DNA from: Raillietiella orientalis | Taxonomy: Eukaryota | NCBI GenBank assembly: GCA_036172245.1 | Contig: JAYWIR010000038.1 | Location: 434,001-498,000 of the forward strand | Reading direction: 5' to 3' | Length of the DNA stretch: 64,000 bases | Shown here: positions 14,101 to 30,049 of the stretch, piece after piece | How positions within the stretch are numbered: position 1 is the first letter of the stretch | Layout: every line of letters starts with the position of its first letter | Made by a program: the position numbers and the translations under genes | The notes under the pieces: model-generated | What the model was told of the DNA's origin: nothing | The model's input: the letters and a program-made list of their open reading frames with translations, nothing else | Database searches by the model: none

Positions 14101-14478
14101 CGTGTCGCAAGCAAACAAACACACTTGCACCACACCAAACTCGTCATCCATTCATTCGGAGGGTCGGTTCTCGCGCCGGCGGCCATGTCGTGAGCATTCC
14201 GTAGTGGCCCCAGAAACCTCACGTGGGCGCACCACCTTCTTCCCGATCCACTTGCCGCTTCCCTGACGTCGCACGTCAAGACGAGTTCTTGACGCCAGGC
14301 GGAAGACGAGCATCATCGATCTCCACGCAGCTCCTTTCCCATTTTTCAAGTGGCGAGTGGCGAGGGTGTCTGGAAGGCTTGGGAACTTTTCAGGATCTTC
14401 TTCTACGCTGTGCTCTTAGGGTCTCCCCTTCTTCCCAAAGCTCCGTCGGACACGATCGAATCCAGATTTATCGACGAA

Positions 14479-15363
14479 TCCCGGCAAAATCGGATATGCC
14501 CCGCTGCCGAAAGTACTTATCGTACAAACGTCGAGCTTTTCGAACTGGAAGTACGGCAAGAAGGTTTCCTTTTCTTTTCCGTCTTCCCCTCCGCCGACTG
14601 AATCGAATTCACTTCCCCGACCTCCTCCGTTTCCCTCAACGCGAAACCCAGGGAGTGACCTCCAGACTAAGAGGAAATGCCTGTTTTCCCCGGCTAAGGA
14701 ACCAAACCATAGAAAGCCTCGTTTTGGGTTCACGTCAGCGGACGCCCTGCTTTCTCGAAGATATTTCTGACGGCAGTCTGTTTACGAAGAACTCTCTGTT
14801 CCGCAGAGGATTCTTTTTTGCTCTATTTTCTTCCTTTTTCCCTCCTTCTCTCTACGAAAATTCAGTGCTCAAGAGAAACACATGCTGCAGCGCAATTTCC
14901 AAAGCTCAGCGTGCAGTTTCCTTGGTAACATCTAAATAAGACCGAAATTATGTTCCTGCTGCGGCCACTGTTTTTTTCCCCTTCTTTGTATCTATTCGAG
15001 CACTTTGATACAGAAACCTGCCGAGACGGATTGAGAACGATAATTGCCATTTATCAAGGCCGAAGGAGAATTTGTCTCGCGCATTCTCCGGGTCCATAAA
15101 AGCGGTACAGATTACTGAGAATTAATAATCGAGATTGATACACTGCGCGAAACGACTAAGGGAAAATTCATCTTTCAAGATAGATAGAGATAGGGAGAGA
15201 GAGACAGAGGAGGGGAGGGGGGGAGGTGAGCTCCCAAATAGAGTTAACCCGAAGGACGACGGCTTTGCCTGTTGTGCTCCAGGAAAAATCCGATGTGGCC
15301 TGCTGCCGAAAGTACTTATCGTACAAAGGTCCTTTTAGAATTGGAGGTACGGCAAGAAGGTTT
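14479..15363 (+). repeat. Diverged ~90-bp direct repeat pair (about 14479-14566 and 15278-15363), probably duplicated exon ends
   Basis: Both copies contain GCTGCCGAAAGTACTTATCGTACAAA...GTACGGCAAGAAG followed by GTTTC; they read PAAESTYRTNVELFELEVRQE and PAAESTYRTKV-LLELEVRQE. Confidence 0.75.
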
Positions 15364-18300
15364 CTCTCTCCCTTTTTTTTTTTTTTTTTTTCTCACACAT
15401 TCTGATCTTCCTTTTTGTGTGACCAAATGACGAATCGACGCGCGGCTACTCGGATGCATTTTCTTCATCGGAATGAACGATCCGTTTCGGAGATCCATCT
15501 AGGAACCGACCCATCTTGCCACATCTTTTCCCGGGGGTTTTCGGTTCATCATGGAACACACGGCACGGCTTATCGTAGAAGCGATCGCATGGGACATCGT
15601 GGAATAATTACAAACGTGTACGCGTTTACACAACACCTGCAACACGGTCCAACCATTTCCAAACCACAAGCACACGGGTGCGCGCAAGAAAGTACAGTGC
15701 CGTACTTTCCGTGCACGATTGGATGTACGGGTGTGAACTCGGGATTCGTACTTGTTCTTCCGTCGAGCCGAAAGGGGCAACGAACGGTCTTTCGGGAATT
15801 AATGTGGTCATTGAAGGAGGGTACCGAAAGCAGGGCTGGTCTTTTCGCCGCGAGGCAAGCCTCCGTTGAAACTTCCAGCTTTCGTGTGCATCACACCCTC
15901 CTCCCTTTCCCTCTTTCGGTCGTGGAGCGCTCCGGCCGTCCAGCTCCAGACATCCCGGAAATGCGACCGAGTGCATTCGGTCACGTGAGTTTCTGACGAC
16001 TGCGAAGATGCCGGATGGTTCGCTGGGCCTCTCCGTCGTGGACGCCTCGCAGGGATCACACACAGAAGAGAGCGAATGTGCGAAGAACGAAATCCGTTCC
16101 TTCCCCCCACTGTACGCTAGCAGCCTTCACCACTGCACCAACTTGGAAGGCAAGAGGGGTCCCACCTCTGGATTTCGGCCCCCGTGCTTTTCCTCTTTTG
16201 GTTCGGCTCTTCTCGCGGTAATTGCAAAGGCAGAGCAGTGTTACCAAACTTGCGGTTGTTCAGAGAAGAAGGAGAAAAACGACCAATTTAGGGATCGACG
16301 GCGTGCGAAAGCTGAAGGTACGCGGCTTGAGACGCGGACGTACCGAGGCTCTGTACGAAACTGCAAGCTGTTAATCAGTCTGTGATTCCTCTTGTGCGCT
16401 GCGATGGTGGCATTTCCCGCATCCTTCCGAAGCTCAAAGCCTCCGCTTTCCCGCGTTTTCTTCCGTCTGGCCACAATGTCGCAGTCGGAGAAATCTGAGA
16501 CCGGTCTCAACCATAGCAACAGCAACTTCCAAGTGCGGGATGCAGCTTCATGGATTCGAAGAAAAGCAGGGGAAAAAAAAAAAAAAAAAACAGTCGCTGC
16601 TTTCCAGAGATTCAATAAAAGGGAACTGACACGGGCACTTGAGGAGCAACGAGAAGTGAGAAAACTCCCTCCAACTTTGCAAGGATGTTTCCATCTTGGC
16701 ACCTGGCTACGGGCGAGCAAGACGAAACGGTTACCTAGCATCTGGTTCAGAGCACCATCTCCCGTCCGATAGCAAACCTTCGTTTCGTCTTCGAGGGTAC
16801 AACGTAACCTGAAAAAGGGGAAGGTAAATGAATGAATAGAAAACAACCACGACGGGGACAGCTTGTTTGGAAGCGTCGAGATCCTTTGGCATCAATTCTG
16901 GAAGGATTTTGGTTTCAAATCGGGCGCTTGCTGAAGAACAACACGAACAGGACCTCCACAGAATTCCTTTTGATCAGTAAGCAACCGCCTCGCAACGGCA
17001 GTACAGCACGGGCTGCTGCTGCTCACCGATCTCCGCAACGAGTGACGATGCCATCTGCAAATGATATGAACAAATAAAATCCTCTTCAAAGTAACAAATG
17101 CAAGCAAGTTTCGCCGCCTCCATGTCGTTAAGATGTCCGACTTGGAAGAGTTTATTCCGCACGAAGGGGGGGAGTGGATTGCGCCCGGCGCCCGTAGGTC
17201 TCGTGTTGTATTTTGATGGTTCCCTACGAAGACAGCCGTCATCTTCTCAAGGTTGATCCACGCCGGCCCATCTGCTCACTGCCCGTCCGGTTGTCGCGAT
17301 TTCGCATCCCGTGAAAATCTGGAGATATTTACGAGAGAGAGAGAAAAAAAAAGCGGAGTTCATTATGACCTCACTAAACCACCATTCCGGCGAACGACAT
17401 CCCGCGCCTTCAGCTACCCACGATGCTTTTTTTTTTGGTTTTTTCGGAATGAGAATTCTGGTCCAGGAACAACGCCCTTTGTCTCCCTGTTCTTTTCAGA
17501 GGATCTTCCGTTTCGTGAGCGACCCATCCGAAATCCGAAAATCACTCTGCGTTCAACCGCGTGTACAGTGTACGGTTGTCGCTAACCTCGCTCCTTTTAG
17601 CCGTGTACTGGTTTGCGTACATTCTTTGTCCCGCATGTGTTTTTGTTCTTTCTTTCTTCTTTCAGAGCGGGAGCCTCCGAGCGCACAAAGCTGATCCTCC
17701 CGACGCCGAAACCACGCTCTCCTTCCCATGTGCTTTCGACGGAACCGACTCGAATGTTTCACCGAACCTCCCGACAAGGACGCGAGAGTGACCTTGAAAA
17801 ACGTAACAAACGGTGGGGACTGCGGCGGTGATGCCCGTAAACTTTCACTATGCGGTTGTGTGTGGTGCGGCAACGTCCACGGCGACTCCCCCCACTGCAA
17901 GGCACGGAGGGCTGTCCGGAGGTCAGCCCAGCAGCAGGGACGGCAGCCAACCAGCCAACGTTTTTTTTTCTTTTTTGAAAACCAGGAAAGTCCTGAACGA
18001 GGAACGAAGCTCTCCCCGAAGCACGCGTATAGGGATGGAATTTCGAAAACTTTGCGGATGGGGATGCCGTCGCCCTGACGGTTCAAGGAACCACGGAACT
18101 TCCGACGTGGACGGTTCTTGGCGCGCCAGCAGGCGGTTATTCACACAAAGGCATTCTCTGTCTGCACTGTGGAGAGCACAATGGCGGCATTTCGTGTCTT
18201 TTGAACAGACGAAGGTCTGCTGAGCGGACCGCGGCAGAAAGAAGAGAGGGAAAGGAAAAACGCGTGAAGGGGAGGGAGGGGGGACGCGTATGAATCCCCG

Positions 18301-20961
18301 ACAGCTCATCTTCCTTCGGTTGCGTGACAGCAATCCCCCTAGTGATTCCCGTCGCTCCTTCCTCACTTTCTCCCGAAACTGGATCAGAAGGAAAGAAGGA
18401 GGAAGTGGAGCGCACAAGAAAAATAGACGAATGCATTATCCCAAGAAAGGCAGCCGCACGTCAAGCGATCGATCCCCGAGAGCGACCGGTCGCTGTAGTC
18501 GAAAGGGCTTTCCCTCCGCGTTCGCGTCCACTCCCTCCGCTTCCATGCCGAAAGGCTTCTTGCACTTCTTACTCTTCCCCGAAGCGCGTGCGGGGGACTT
18601 GGGACAAGTCGCTCGCACGCGCCTGAGGAAATCCTCCCAAGATTTGTGGGTCCTACAAGTTCGTTCATGCCAACCGAGCAAGCTTGCCGTGTGCATGGAT
18701 GCTGTGGGAGAAGAAGGAGGTTCCTCCGAGGAAATCTCGCACTCGATATGGCGAAAAGTGTTTGTCTGTTGTTCGCCTGTGGCATCTTTCCCTGGGCACA
18801 GACACGCCTAGCGAGGGAACAGCACTTTGGAAAATTTCGTTGATTGCAAAAAAAAGCAAAGCACCTGTCTTTTGGGGGGGGGGGGGGAGGGGGCTTGTAC
18901 AACTGGCATAGCGTACGTGAGAAACGCATGCGGGTTTCACAACTAATGTCGAAGTATGCTTTTAAGAAAGCCATCTTTTATAACTTTATGCATACCTTAC
19001 ATCTGCACGTGAGAAACTTGCAGCGTTTTTCGTTCCCCTCCCCCCCCCCACTCTGGGATAAACTTCTCTGTGGGACCGACGATGCTATTTTGCGTCATTC
19101 ATTGCTGAAACATTCAAATTTGCCACCTGAAGGCGACCCTGCCCTGCTGCATCTTATCACACTGTGGCGCGGTGCTTAATCGGATCAAATTTCAGTTTCA
19201 TTATCTCAATCAGCCAACGTCTTCATTAAAGCTACATATCTTGCATTCTGTTGCAGGCTTGCTGAGCCGAATCTCACAAAGCAACTGCTGACTGTACGGA
19301 AAGGCTATTCCCTGCCTACAATCTAATGAAAGCTATATTTCCAGCTAGTTGCCGCCGTCAAGACATGGGATGCCAGTAAAAGCCTCTGGAACCCACCTCT
19401 GACGGCAAATGTTCAGTTCCAGTGTACCAATGAGGAACGGAACGGAACGAACGTGGCTCAAGTCCACGGTGGACGGGAAGCCATGAAGTCCACTCCAGGT
19501 AGAGGCGGACATGCAGTGGCGTGCTGTTGTTTACAGTGCACGTTGCCGTGCTTCATCCGTCCGTGTTTTATTCGGATAATTTCTAAGGAGAAAGCGAATC
19601 TCTGAATCGGTTCCAGTCTTCCAGAATCACTTTTTGCAACATCACTTCCTTGAGGAACCAAAACCATAGATTTCAGATTTTGCCATTTTCATACTGTTTT
19701 CATTTTCCAAGCCTAGTGTGATTTGTTTCCGTTGCCTTGATGAAAACGAATGAAATCACGTTTCTGTCCGTCATTTCCATCTTCATTCTGTCTAGAGCTT
19801 CTTTTTATTACTTTGAAAAGAGCGACTCTTTCCCTTTTACTCTTGTGCATGTTAGAATGCTGCGTTGTCTACTTTTCAGTCGTTCGTCTTTTCGTTATGT
19901 TGGCTGAAGGCTTTTTTTTTTTTTTTTTTTTTTCGCAAGTGCTTTCGCTGGAATTGAAGGACGAGGAAAATGTTAAAATGCCCCCATTTTCTTCAGTGTG
20001 TGTTTCAACAGCAGCAGTGCTGTCCGCTTCTACCAAAAGCGGAAACACTTTTGTTTTTTTCGTGGGAGTTGTGTGTAAACGACCGATTCGAATTCGCAGG
20101 GATGCCAAATTTCGAATTCCTAATTTTGGTTTATCTTCTGCTTGATTGTCATTTAAGATTCCGTAAAGAGCAAACTCCATTAGCAGCAAACCAATTGCTT
20201 CTATCCTGCTTTATGTTCCTTATCAAGAATTCTACTAGGAATTCGTCAGTTTCGATCCTATTATTTTTTCAAGCCCTTTGTGTCCCCTCGCTAAGGGATG
20301 CGTTACATGCTTTATTCTAAATACCACTTTTCTCATTACGGAGGCCAAATCTAGAGATCACGACAATGTTTACTTATTTTTACTTCATTGATATCAAGCA
20401 ATTTTTCATGAGAGCACAAGAATATCTTGAATTTAAGAATCAGCGTGCGAGTCGTTAACTTTGAAATGGCATGTGCCTCCTGTGGCCAAAAACAAACAAA
20501 GTCAGAATTAAAAAATGTAATCACTTCACAGTGCTGTATTAAGAAATAATGGAAGTTTCCAGGTTTCTACATTTTCATTTTTTTTATTGTGCTTAGCACT
20601 GGCTTTTTGGCTTTTATAAGTACCGCTTATAAAAGTACCACTTTATAACCACTTCTAAGTGGTATAAAATGTATAGAGAATGAGTATTTTAATGTTGGTT
20701 GCATTTGCAAATTATCATCATATGCAAACATGATAAGAAAGAGATATAATTTTCTAATCTACTAATGAAATTAATGGATAGGAATCCCAGTGCATGCATT
20801 TCAAGTTCAAGATCAGAAAAGAATGGAACAGATTTTTCTGACCAACTACTATTTTAACTTTATGAATCTTTTGGCAGTTTTGTAGGATGAAAGAAGTTCG
20901 TTCAGAAATTTGTTCAGAAAAGCTTGGATGACTAAAGTATTGAAAAACAAAATATAGTTTC

Positions 20962-22383
<1,422 letters not shown>

Positions 22384-24399
22384 AATTGGCATCCCGTCTG
22401 TTTAAGATTTACAGTGCTATGCATCAGTTCATTGATGTGAGAAATAGAAGGGTGATGAGGAGTACCTGATTATACATTTAGATTCAGATGTGAGCATTTA
22501 AAATTGAATGAAGTTTTTGGTTCTTAAAAAAATGCATGGGAAGATGATGCTTGCTACTTTGTTTTTCGCCTGGATTTATTTTTTGTCTTGTTTGTCTTGA
22601 TTTGTGAAAATTACCAGGGATGGTAAATTAAAGAAACCCTGATTGTGGCTCTGTACCTGTTAATGCATAAAAGTTTTGTTGTGCCCTCTTTTTCATCATT
22701 ACTTTTTGTTATCAGAGCAAAAAGTTATTTGGTTTTCTACAGATGTATGGTATTTTAAGAGAATTCTGTTGTCAAGACAGCAAAACATTTCAATAAGCAT
22801 ATTGAGCATGGCATACTAAGCATGATTCAGTTGTGCTAGCATTGTGGAAAAAGTATGTAAAAGAACAAAGCACTCAAATGTGACAAATTGCTTAATCTGC
22901 ACAAATTAACTCCAATGCAGACTATGCTATTTTGGTCCATTGCATCCCTTTAAGTTGTATCACACATAAACTACATATACTCATGTGTATGTAGCATATG
23001 TATTCATGGAATTTATTTTGCATATGTTATGTACTGAAATCTGAAAACTATGGAGAAAATGGTTACGTATGAGAGTGGAGCCGTGTGTGTTTTGCAGTCC
23101 TGTGACCACAGACATTGCAGCATACAGTGCATGCATGACCACAATGATTATTCCCAAATTTATAAAGTCACTTCTGTGTGTAACATTAGGTTCTTTGAAA
23201 AAGCACAACAAACACTATTAGGGTTGATTAGTTGTCCTTGGAAATTCACAAAGTGTAATGTTATTAATTAATAAGTAATGCATTTGTGATCTTGCTGGTT
23301 GGATAACATACTGGGTTGCACCGGTTTGTTTTCCAGATAAAGGTAGTAATTCTCAGAAATGTCCAGGGATGAGGCTACTTCTAACCAAGTTGATAATCTG
23401 CTAGTATCTTGTAAATTACACTTATAGTTTCAGGTAGACGTACGCAATGCAAATGCAAGTTTGTGTGCACATCAGTTCCTAGAATAAAAATATTCATAAG
23501 AAGAGTGTGCTAATTCATATAACCGCTCTTCTATCAACTCCATAGCAAATTTGTACTGTATTCGAAGGCGTTGACGTTTTCCGAATGGAAAGTAATGAAC
23601 TGTTCCAGTATCTAGTAGTGAGGATTAGAAATCTTAATGAATTGGGTAGCAGTTTTTCTGAACAGACAATTCGCCTTGATTCATTTTTACATCCACAGAT
23701 TTGATGCTCCATCATCAGGTTCTCTGTTGAAGTTTATGGATGCTTTTTTTCCTTTTTTCAAATTCTCATTTTTAGCAATTGTGCTTTGGGTATACACAGC
23801 ATGTTGCGATGTTCTGATCTGTTCAGCACAGCATTTCAATAAGAATTATGCCGAAAGTGATTAATGATGTATTAAATGATGACTTCCACAAAGCAGAAGA
23901 TTTCCATTTTCAGTACTGTTTTTCCTTGTGGTTTGTGTTCGTTTTGATGTGTTGCCTACTTGTGGCACCGGTAGTTCCGTTTTTCTGTTCTCACCTGTTC
24001 TTGAAGCCTGCAGATGTACAGGATTCTCTTGGTCCCTGCTTCCAAGGTGAGCAATTGCTGGTGATCCTGAACCAGTGTTCAATCATCCTTTGTTGTGGTG
24101 CTCAGGATTCCTTAAATTCGATTTATTTCTGTAGATATAACTGTCCTTGTAGACATCCCTGATACTTAGACCAACCAGGTTCAAGAACATGCAGCCTAGG
24201 GCATGTTTGAGAGCTGCCAGTTCCGTGACCAAAACTGCATTAACTTATAAAAGTTTATTAGCTGGTGATAATCCTAGATAGCAAAGATTCAGATTAAGAG
24301 CACATTCCAAGGACAAAGTCGGTAACATGCGAAATGTTGATTGAATACTGTGGGCGTATGCTAAATGAAAAGTAACTCTTTTCACAGATGCGAATGAGT

Positions 24400-27300
24400 T
24401 CCTTTTGATTTAGCGTGCCAACACCTTATGTGTTACTTGTGTGGCTCTCAACGGCAGTCCGAAAGTGTACTGATCTCCTTCCTGCTTTGTGAGTAGGATT
24501 CAATTTTAACGAATCCGGGCCACATGGCCCTTTGTCCCTCAAGACGCGAGGTGTTACACCGCTATTGATAAGTGAAATTACCTCCCCTCCAGAGATGTAA
24601 TTTCACCAATCCGGTTAGAACTTCTACGCAGCATCCTTTTCGGGTTGACTAATTCACCTTCACAGCAAAGCCAAAACCTTTTAAAATGGATGTAGGAGTT
24701 TTCGAGAATACTGAATCCTTTCTCACTTTTTCACCCCCCTCCCCCCCCCCCCCCAAAAAAAAAAAACAATTTGTCGTACGTTTTATGAGTAAAACGCTTC
24801 CAACACAGCAAATTCAAAGATGGTTCGATTATTCATTAGATGAGGGACTACAATGTTTCAAAGTGAATTAGGATTTCGAAAAAAGAGGAAAAACCCAATA
24901 GAAAAAAGTCTCAAAATGACAACTGATAGCAAAAGCCAAGCAGCCCTCAGAAACCATCTGTTGCCCATGAACACTTGTCATGAAGCAAAGTAGTCAAAAT
25001 TGGCTCCCGCTGTTGGTCTCTTATATGCTGCTAATGATGAGATTACTGACAAAGTAATACGGTTAAGAAGGGATGCAATTCCACTTATCGATCGTGATGA
25101 ACACCTCACGTCTTGAATGATATAGGACCATATCCCGACAAAAAATGAAGGACCTTCGCCTCTCAGACACCATAGAAGCCAAGTGCACTGTGGGTGGGGT
25201 TGACCCCATCCGAGTCCGACCACGGGTACGCTCCTCGGATCCCCGGACATCCGAGAGCCGTTCAAAATAATCAGCGATTCTGTGAACGCGGTTGAGGAAC
25301 TCATGGAAACGGACGTTCTCGGCCTCCTGAGTACTTCTGAAGAGGCAGAAGTGCGTCCTTGACCTGCGATGTCGTTATGACCTCTGGCTCGACAAGGACT
25401 GCAAGTTTTCCTGTAAGGAGTTGATGGCGACTTCGGATCCTTCTCTACATTACTTGACGAAAACGTCGACTTGGAAACAAACTCCATTTGGACATGGAAT
25501 CGGCAACACGTTCAACATTCTTGGAAGAAAAAAACATTTCATCCAAGCACCGAGCTGTTCCGCAAGTCATCTATCGGATTGAGGAAAACGGGAAGCAACT
25601 CAAGGCATCCGGGCAACCACGAAACTTACGAGTTCTCAGGTAAAGACCCTGGCTGATGGATGCTTCTCTTCGAGGTAATTTTTGTGGTCATAGCCTTTGT
25701 GGAGAACATCGGGTGTTTTACCTGACAATTAGAAGGAGTACCTTAGATGCGGTTAGATCGTTGGATAACAATTCTAGCTTGTAGCGTTTGGAAGAATTCT
25801 TTTGGGGACCATTACATAGAATAAGACGTTCTAAGAGAGCATAACGAGAGAGGATGAAAGAAAGTGAAGTAAAATCGGGAGCGAATCCATTACCATTGGG
25901 TTCTTGACAATCACCTTCAGGATAAAGGTCCGGGACACCTTTGTCCACCTTTGTCTGCTCTTATGCGAGTGGCAGAGACTATCCTAAGCGTGGATCTCAG
26001 CGGATGGCTATCGTTCGAAAAGCTACGAGATGTCGGAAGGGTTCATGTTTCCCCATATTTCTCCGGGAAGAGCTTCTGACCGCCTCCCCCGGAGTTCTTT
26101 TACTTCTTTCCTCCCTCACAGAGTGCTCAATCAAGGATCGGAGATTCAGGGAACGTGCAAGGTGAGCCAAGAGCTTTCTAGAAATTCATGCACTTTCCCC
26201 TGGGATAGGCGCGCTATTTCTGGTAGGGTAAACGGTGCTATCCTTTTTGGAATGCCTCAGTATTCAAGCCTTCTTCGTCGTACTCCAAGGAGACTCTGCC
26301 TTGTTACTCCCTCGCAGGACTCCTTTCTGAATCGATTTACTTCCTAGTCATTTGTGATCCTACCGGAAGCCCTCGAGTGCCACCGGGCAACAGAACGTTC
26401 ACTCATTTCTCCTGAGGCTGAAGGTAGTAGCGAGGCATGACCTGCTCTTTTCGAAGTAAGCCGAACCTCTAAGGCAAGGAAAGGACTCCTAAACTCCCAG
26501 AAGGTGATTCCGTTTCCCGTCGTATACGTTGAGAATCGATCCAGTCATAACGTCGACATTATGTTTAGCTGTAAGCGCAACCGAGTCCTAATATTTAGGT
26601 TCGCCTCTTCTCCTGGACTGTTTTTTTGCCCTCCCTTTTGCAGCACAATAAAGGTCGAGCTCCTCGATGCAAGTCGGATCCTTGAACGAGTCTGTATTTA
26701 TACTCCCCTTTCACTGCGTGTCCATTCCATTGGCGCTGACTCTTTTGTATATTGTGCGCCGCAGCTTTGAGCAGTCAAGACTGCAAGGTCAGGTTTCTTC
26801 TTGTTGAGTAACACTGCAACACAAGATTAGCAGTCTTGGTGCACTAGTAGAAGGTAACGTACATCGGGAACTACAGCGCACGCGCAGGGTGAAACATGGC
26901 ACTTCGTCGGTTTTATAGGAAGATCTGAACCATCTTGAAGATTCGCTTCTTTTCCTTTCTGGGTTGGTGCGATCTTTTGCACCGTTCGTCATTACGGCTG
27001 CAGCAAACTGTGTTGTACACAATAAACGTTTTTGAACGCTAATAGTGCTTGCAGAAAGAAGGAAATGTGCTCATTTTTCCTTGCTCTTAGTTTTATCTTC
27101 CTATTCTTCTCCGAACCAAGCTCATCTGCTTCCTTGCAAAGATCGCATCATTAGCCAATTGGCCAAGCGTTCCCGGAGCTCACGGGGATCCAGTTTTCTG
27201 CCTACAGATATACTTGCAAAACTTGCTGCAATCCTAAATGAACTTTAGGGATGACATTGACTTGCAAAATGCATTCTTCAGGCTCTCAAAGGCTTTTTTT

Positions 27301-28450
27301 GCACCAAAGCAGAGGTTCTCATAACGCCATTGTTTTCCCCTTCAAGAAAACATGTGACTCTACGGACAACAGGTTCCTTGAAAAGAGAATTTGCAAGCCA
27401 TCCTGACAATAAATGAAAGTCATCATTACTTTCAGCTTAGGGAGTTCAGTATTCGTTTGCAGCCCTCTTGCAGCAACACCAGATGCTCTTGAAATGAAGC
27501 AGCAGAGATATGGAGATCTAGTGCTTGGAACACAAGGCACCGAAAGTTCTTGCAGCCAAAAACGGAATTCACCATTGGAGAGTTCTGACCTGGAAAAGAA
27601 GATCAGTGATCCATAAATGAAGACACTTTTCTCTCCTTTGCGGCGCAGCTTTCTACCGTTGGTTTCCTTGACACTATGCGTAGGTACGAGGCCATCCATA
27701 GTTGCTGTTTCCTCAGGAGAATATGGAACCCCATTGACTCTTTCAAAGCATCTGTTTTCCTGAAACATTTCAGCCCAACTCTTCCATCTTAGCCCATAGT
27801 AGGGCAGTCCGCCACTGCCTACTTCTCTTATTCTTTTCAGCTCAGGGTTTTCAGTTTGCAATACGGTCTCAACTTGTCTTCATTGCATGCATACTGTAAG
27901 CAATTCCTTTCGTAAAAAATCTTTAACGACTCTGAATCTTTCACAACCTGTTGGACCATTGTAACTAAGTAGTCTCAGATCCGTGCAAAGGATTGAATTG
28001 CAAAGGATGAAGCCCCTACCTCGACCCTTTGAGATTCCCTACGTGGCGTGGAGCAGCGAATATATCTTTCCTCCGTCGTAAATCCTCTGAAGCCGACACG
28101 CTTTGGCAGCTCCTATCGGAACCACTTGATTATAAATTTTCGTTGCGAACGTTCTTCTGACTGTTCATTACATAGCATTGCTTGGAGAAATGGGTAAATA
28201 ATAATTCGGGAAAACACACTCCAATACTTCCTCTCTGTTTGGAAAGGCACCGATTTCTCACGAGCTGGTTGTTTTCAGCCTGCCATCCAAGTACACAGTT
28301 TTTCTGCTTGTTGCCATAAGAAATCTCAATAGGCAAGAAACCAAAGTTATCAATTTCCATGAACTTCCACAATGCAGAAGTTGGGACAGCCCGCTTGGCT
28401 GGGTGAGTACATTTTAGTGGGACAGATCTCTTAACGGGGGTACGGTTCAA
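24400..28450 (-). mobile_element. Decayed non-LTR retrotransposon fragments (probably two RT remnants)
   Basis: Degenerate RT-like peptides: DNFGFLPIEIS/LSKQRG (about 28350-28230), ISKGRGRGFILCNSILCTD (about 28035-27980), SRTFILK (about 25930), RGCPDALS and CLDEMFF (about 25620-25530). No intact ORF. Confidence 0.35.
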
Positions 28451-28461
28451 TATCCCGAACT

Positions 28462-29080
28462 ATCATTTATGTACATATGTACGTATATACATATGTTTGT
28501 GTGTAGAAATATATATGTATATGTGAGGATATGTATATAAAAATACATACGTATGTATGTACATGTATCTATGCATATTTACAAACACACACACAGATAT
28601 GTATATATATATGCACACACATTTATGCTCATGTTTATATTTATATTGTCTACATATATTGACATATATGATAAGTATATACATTTATTCATTATGAGCT
28701 TTGTAGTGCATATTAATCCATATATTAATCTTTATATAAGCATTTATATTAATAAATACATTAAGCATATATATTTATTTTTCATAAAATTTCACAATAT
28801 ATATGAATTCCTGTAATAATCCTTATAAAAATGTGCACATTGTTGCATAAAATAAGCACATATATTTGTTTATTGATTATAGTCTTTGCAATACATATCA
28901 ATAATATAATCAACAGCATATTAATTATTATCACATAAATAAAATGTGTGTTCATATACATATATTCGAAAAACATTAGTGCTAATAATATGCATGTTAC
29001 TAAGTACCAATATCTATGCATATTAAAAGAAATTCGTTCATCAATATATGTAGAATGGGTGCATACTTATTTATTTTTCA
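28462..29080. repeat. AT-rich low-complexity island of degenerate (TA)/(TATG)/(CA) microsatellite
   Basis: Abrupt shift to mostly A/T with TATATG and ACATAT repeats; ends sharply at GC-rich sequence near 29080. Confidence 0.85.
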
Positions 29081-30049
29081 CGATCTCTGGCGACTTGGGT
29101 TGGCACCCCGTTCGCAGCTATGCCGTGCCCTCTCGCGTGCGGTCCGTCGGGCGCGTGCCAAGGAGCCTCTTTTCGTGCAGCCGACCAGCAAGAGAGCCAG
29201 ATGGGCATTCTGAGAGTCCACGTGTTGCGTGCCAGGAAAGTGGCGCGCCCTGGAGAGGGAGAGGGCTGCCTTCCGGAGGCAGCCCTCAGGCGTACTGATG
29301 TCTTGCCCAAGACGCGATTCGAAAAAAAGAAGGATCGGGCAAGGGGGGGGGGATTTGTCGGCATTCCCCCACCCACGTCCTCAGGTCGCGTGCGTGGTCT
29401 TTCTGCGGTTTGCTGGGGTGTTCCTCCTACACGCCCTCATCGAGAAACGCTGCGAACAAATCCAGCGAAGGGCTAAATTTGGATGTATTTTGTTTTTTTG
29501 TTTGTTTTCCTAGGCAAAGTGAGCCGCATCCCGGAAAAAGCGAAATTCCCAGAAGGGCCTGCTGTTTTTATTTCAGATTTTCTACTGCGCTGATCGGGGA
29601 TGGCCGTGTTTTGCATTCATTTTTCTCAGCTCGTTTGTGTTGTGGTGTATCAGCCGGTTGAGCCGGGGCGTTTTATTTGAACGCCAAACGACACAAAGTG
29701 TAGGGCCATCGGCCCTACATCGTCAGAAAGTGTTCGGAACTGGTCGAGGAACCGAGGCGCAGGACGGCGAGGTTCGCCTCGGCAGCGGAAGGGCAAACAA
29801 AAATGAAAACAAAACAAGAATCAATAATAAAAAAAAAAACTCTGGGGGGAAAAACGGGAAAGGATCGTTGTCCGCATCCTTTTCAGGATGCCGGCAAATT
29901 CCATCCGAGTGTGCCTCAAGTGGGGCCATCTTGCTGCCGTCCGCAGGAAGCGCAGGGCGAAGCCGATGGTGTCCCTATCGCGTCGTCCTCTTCTCGCGTG
30001 GCTCCAGGCCGCCGCAATCCCGCGTAGGCAACATCAAAGAGGTACTGGG

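Noticed and set aside
28463..29021. Ile/Tyr-rich ORFs as membrane proteins
   Set aside because: They are translations of TA-rich microsatellite.
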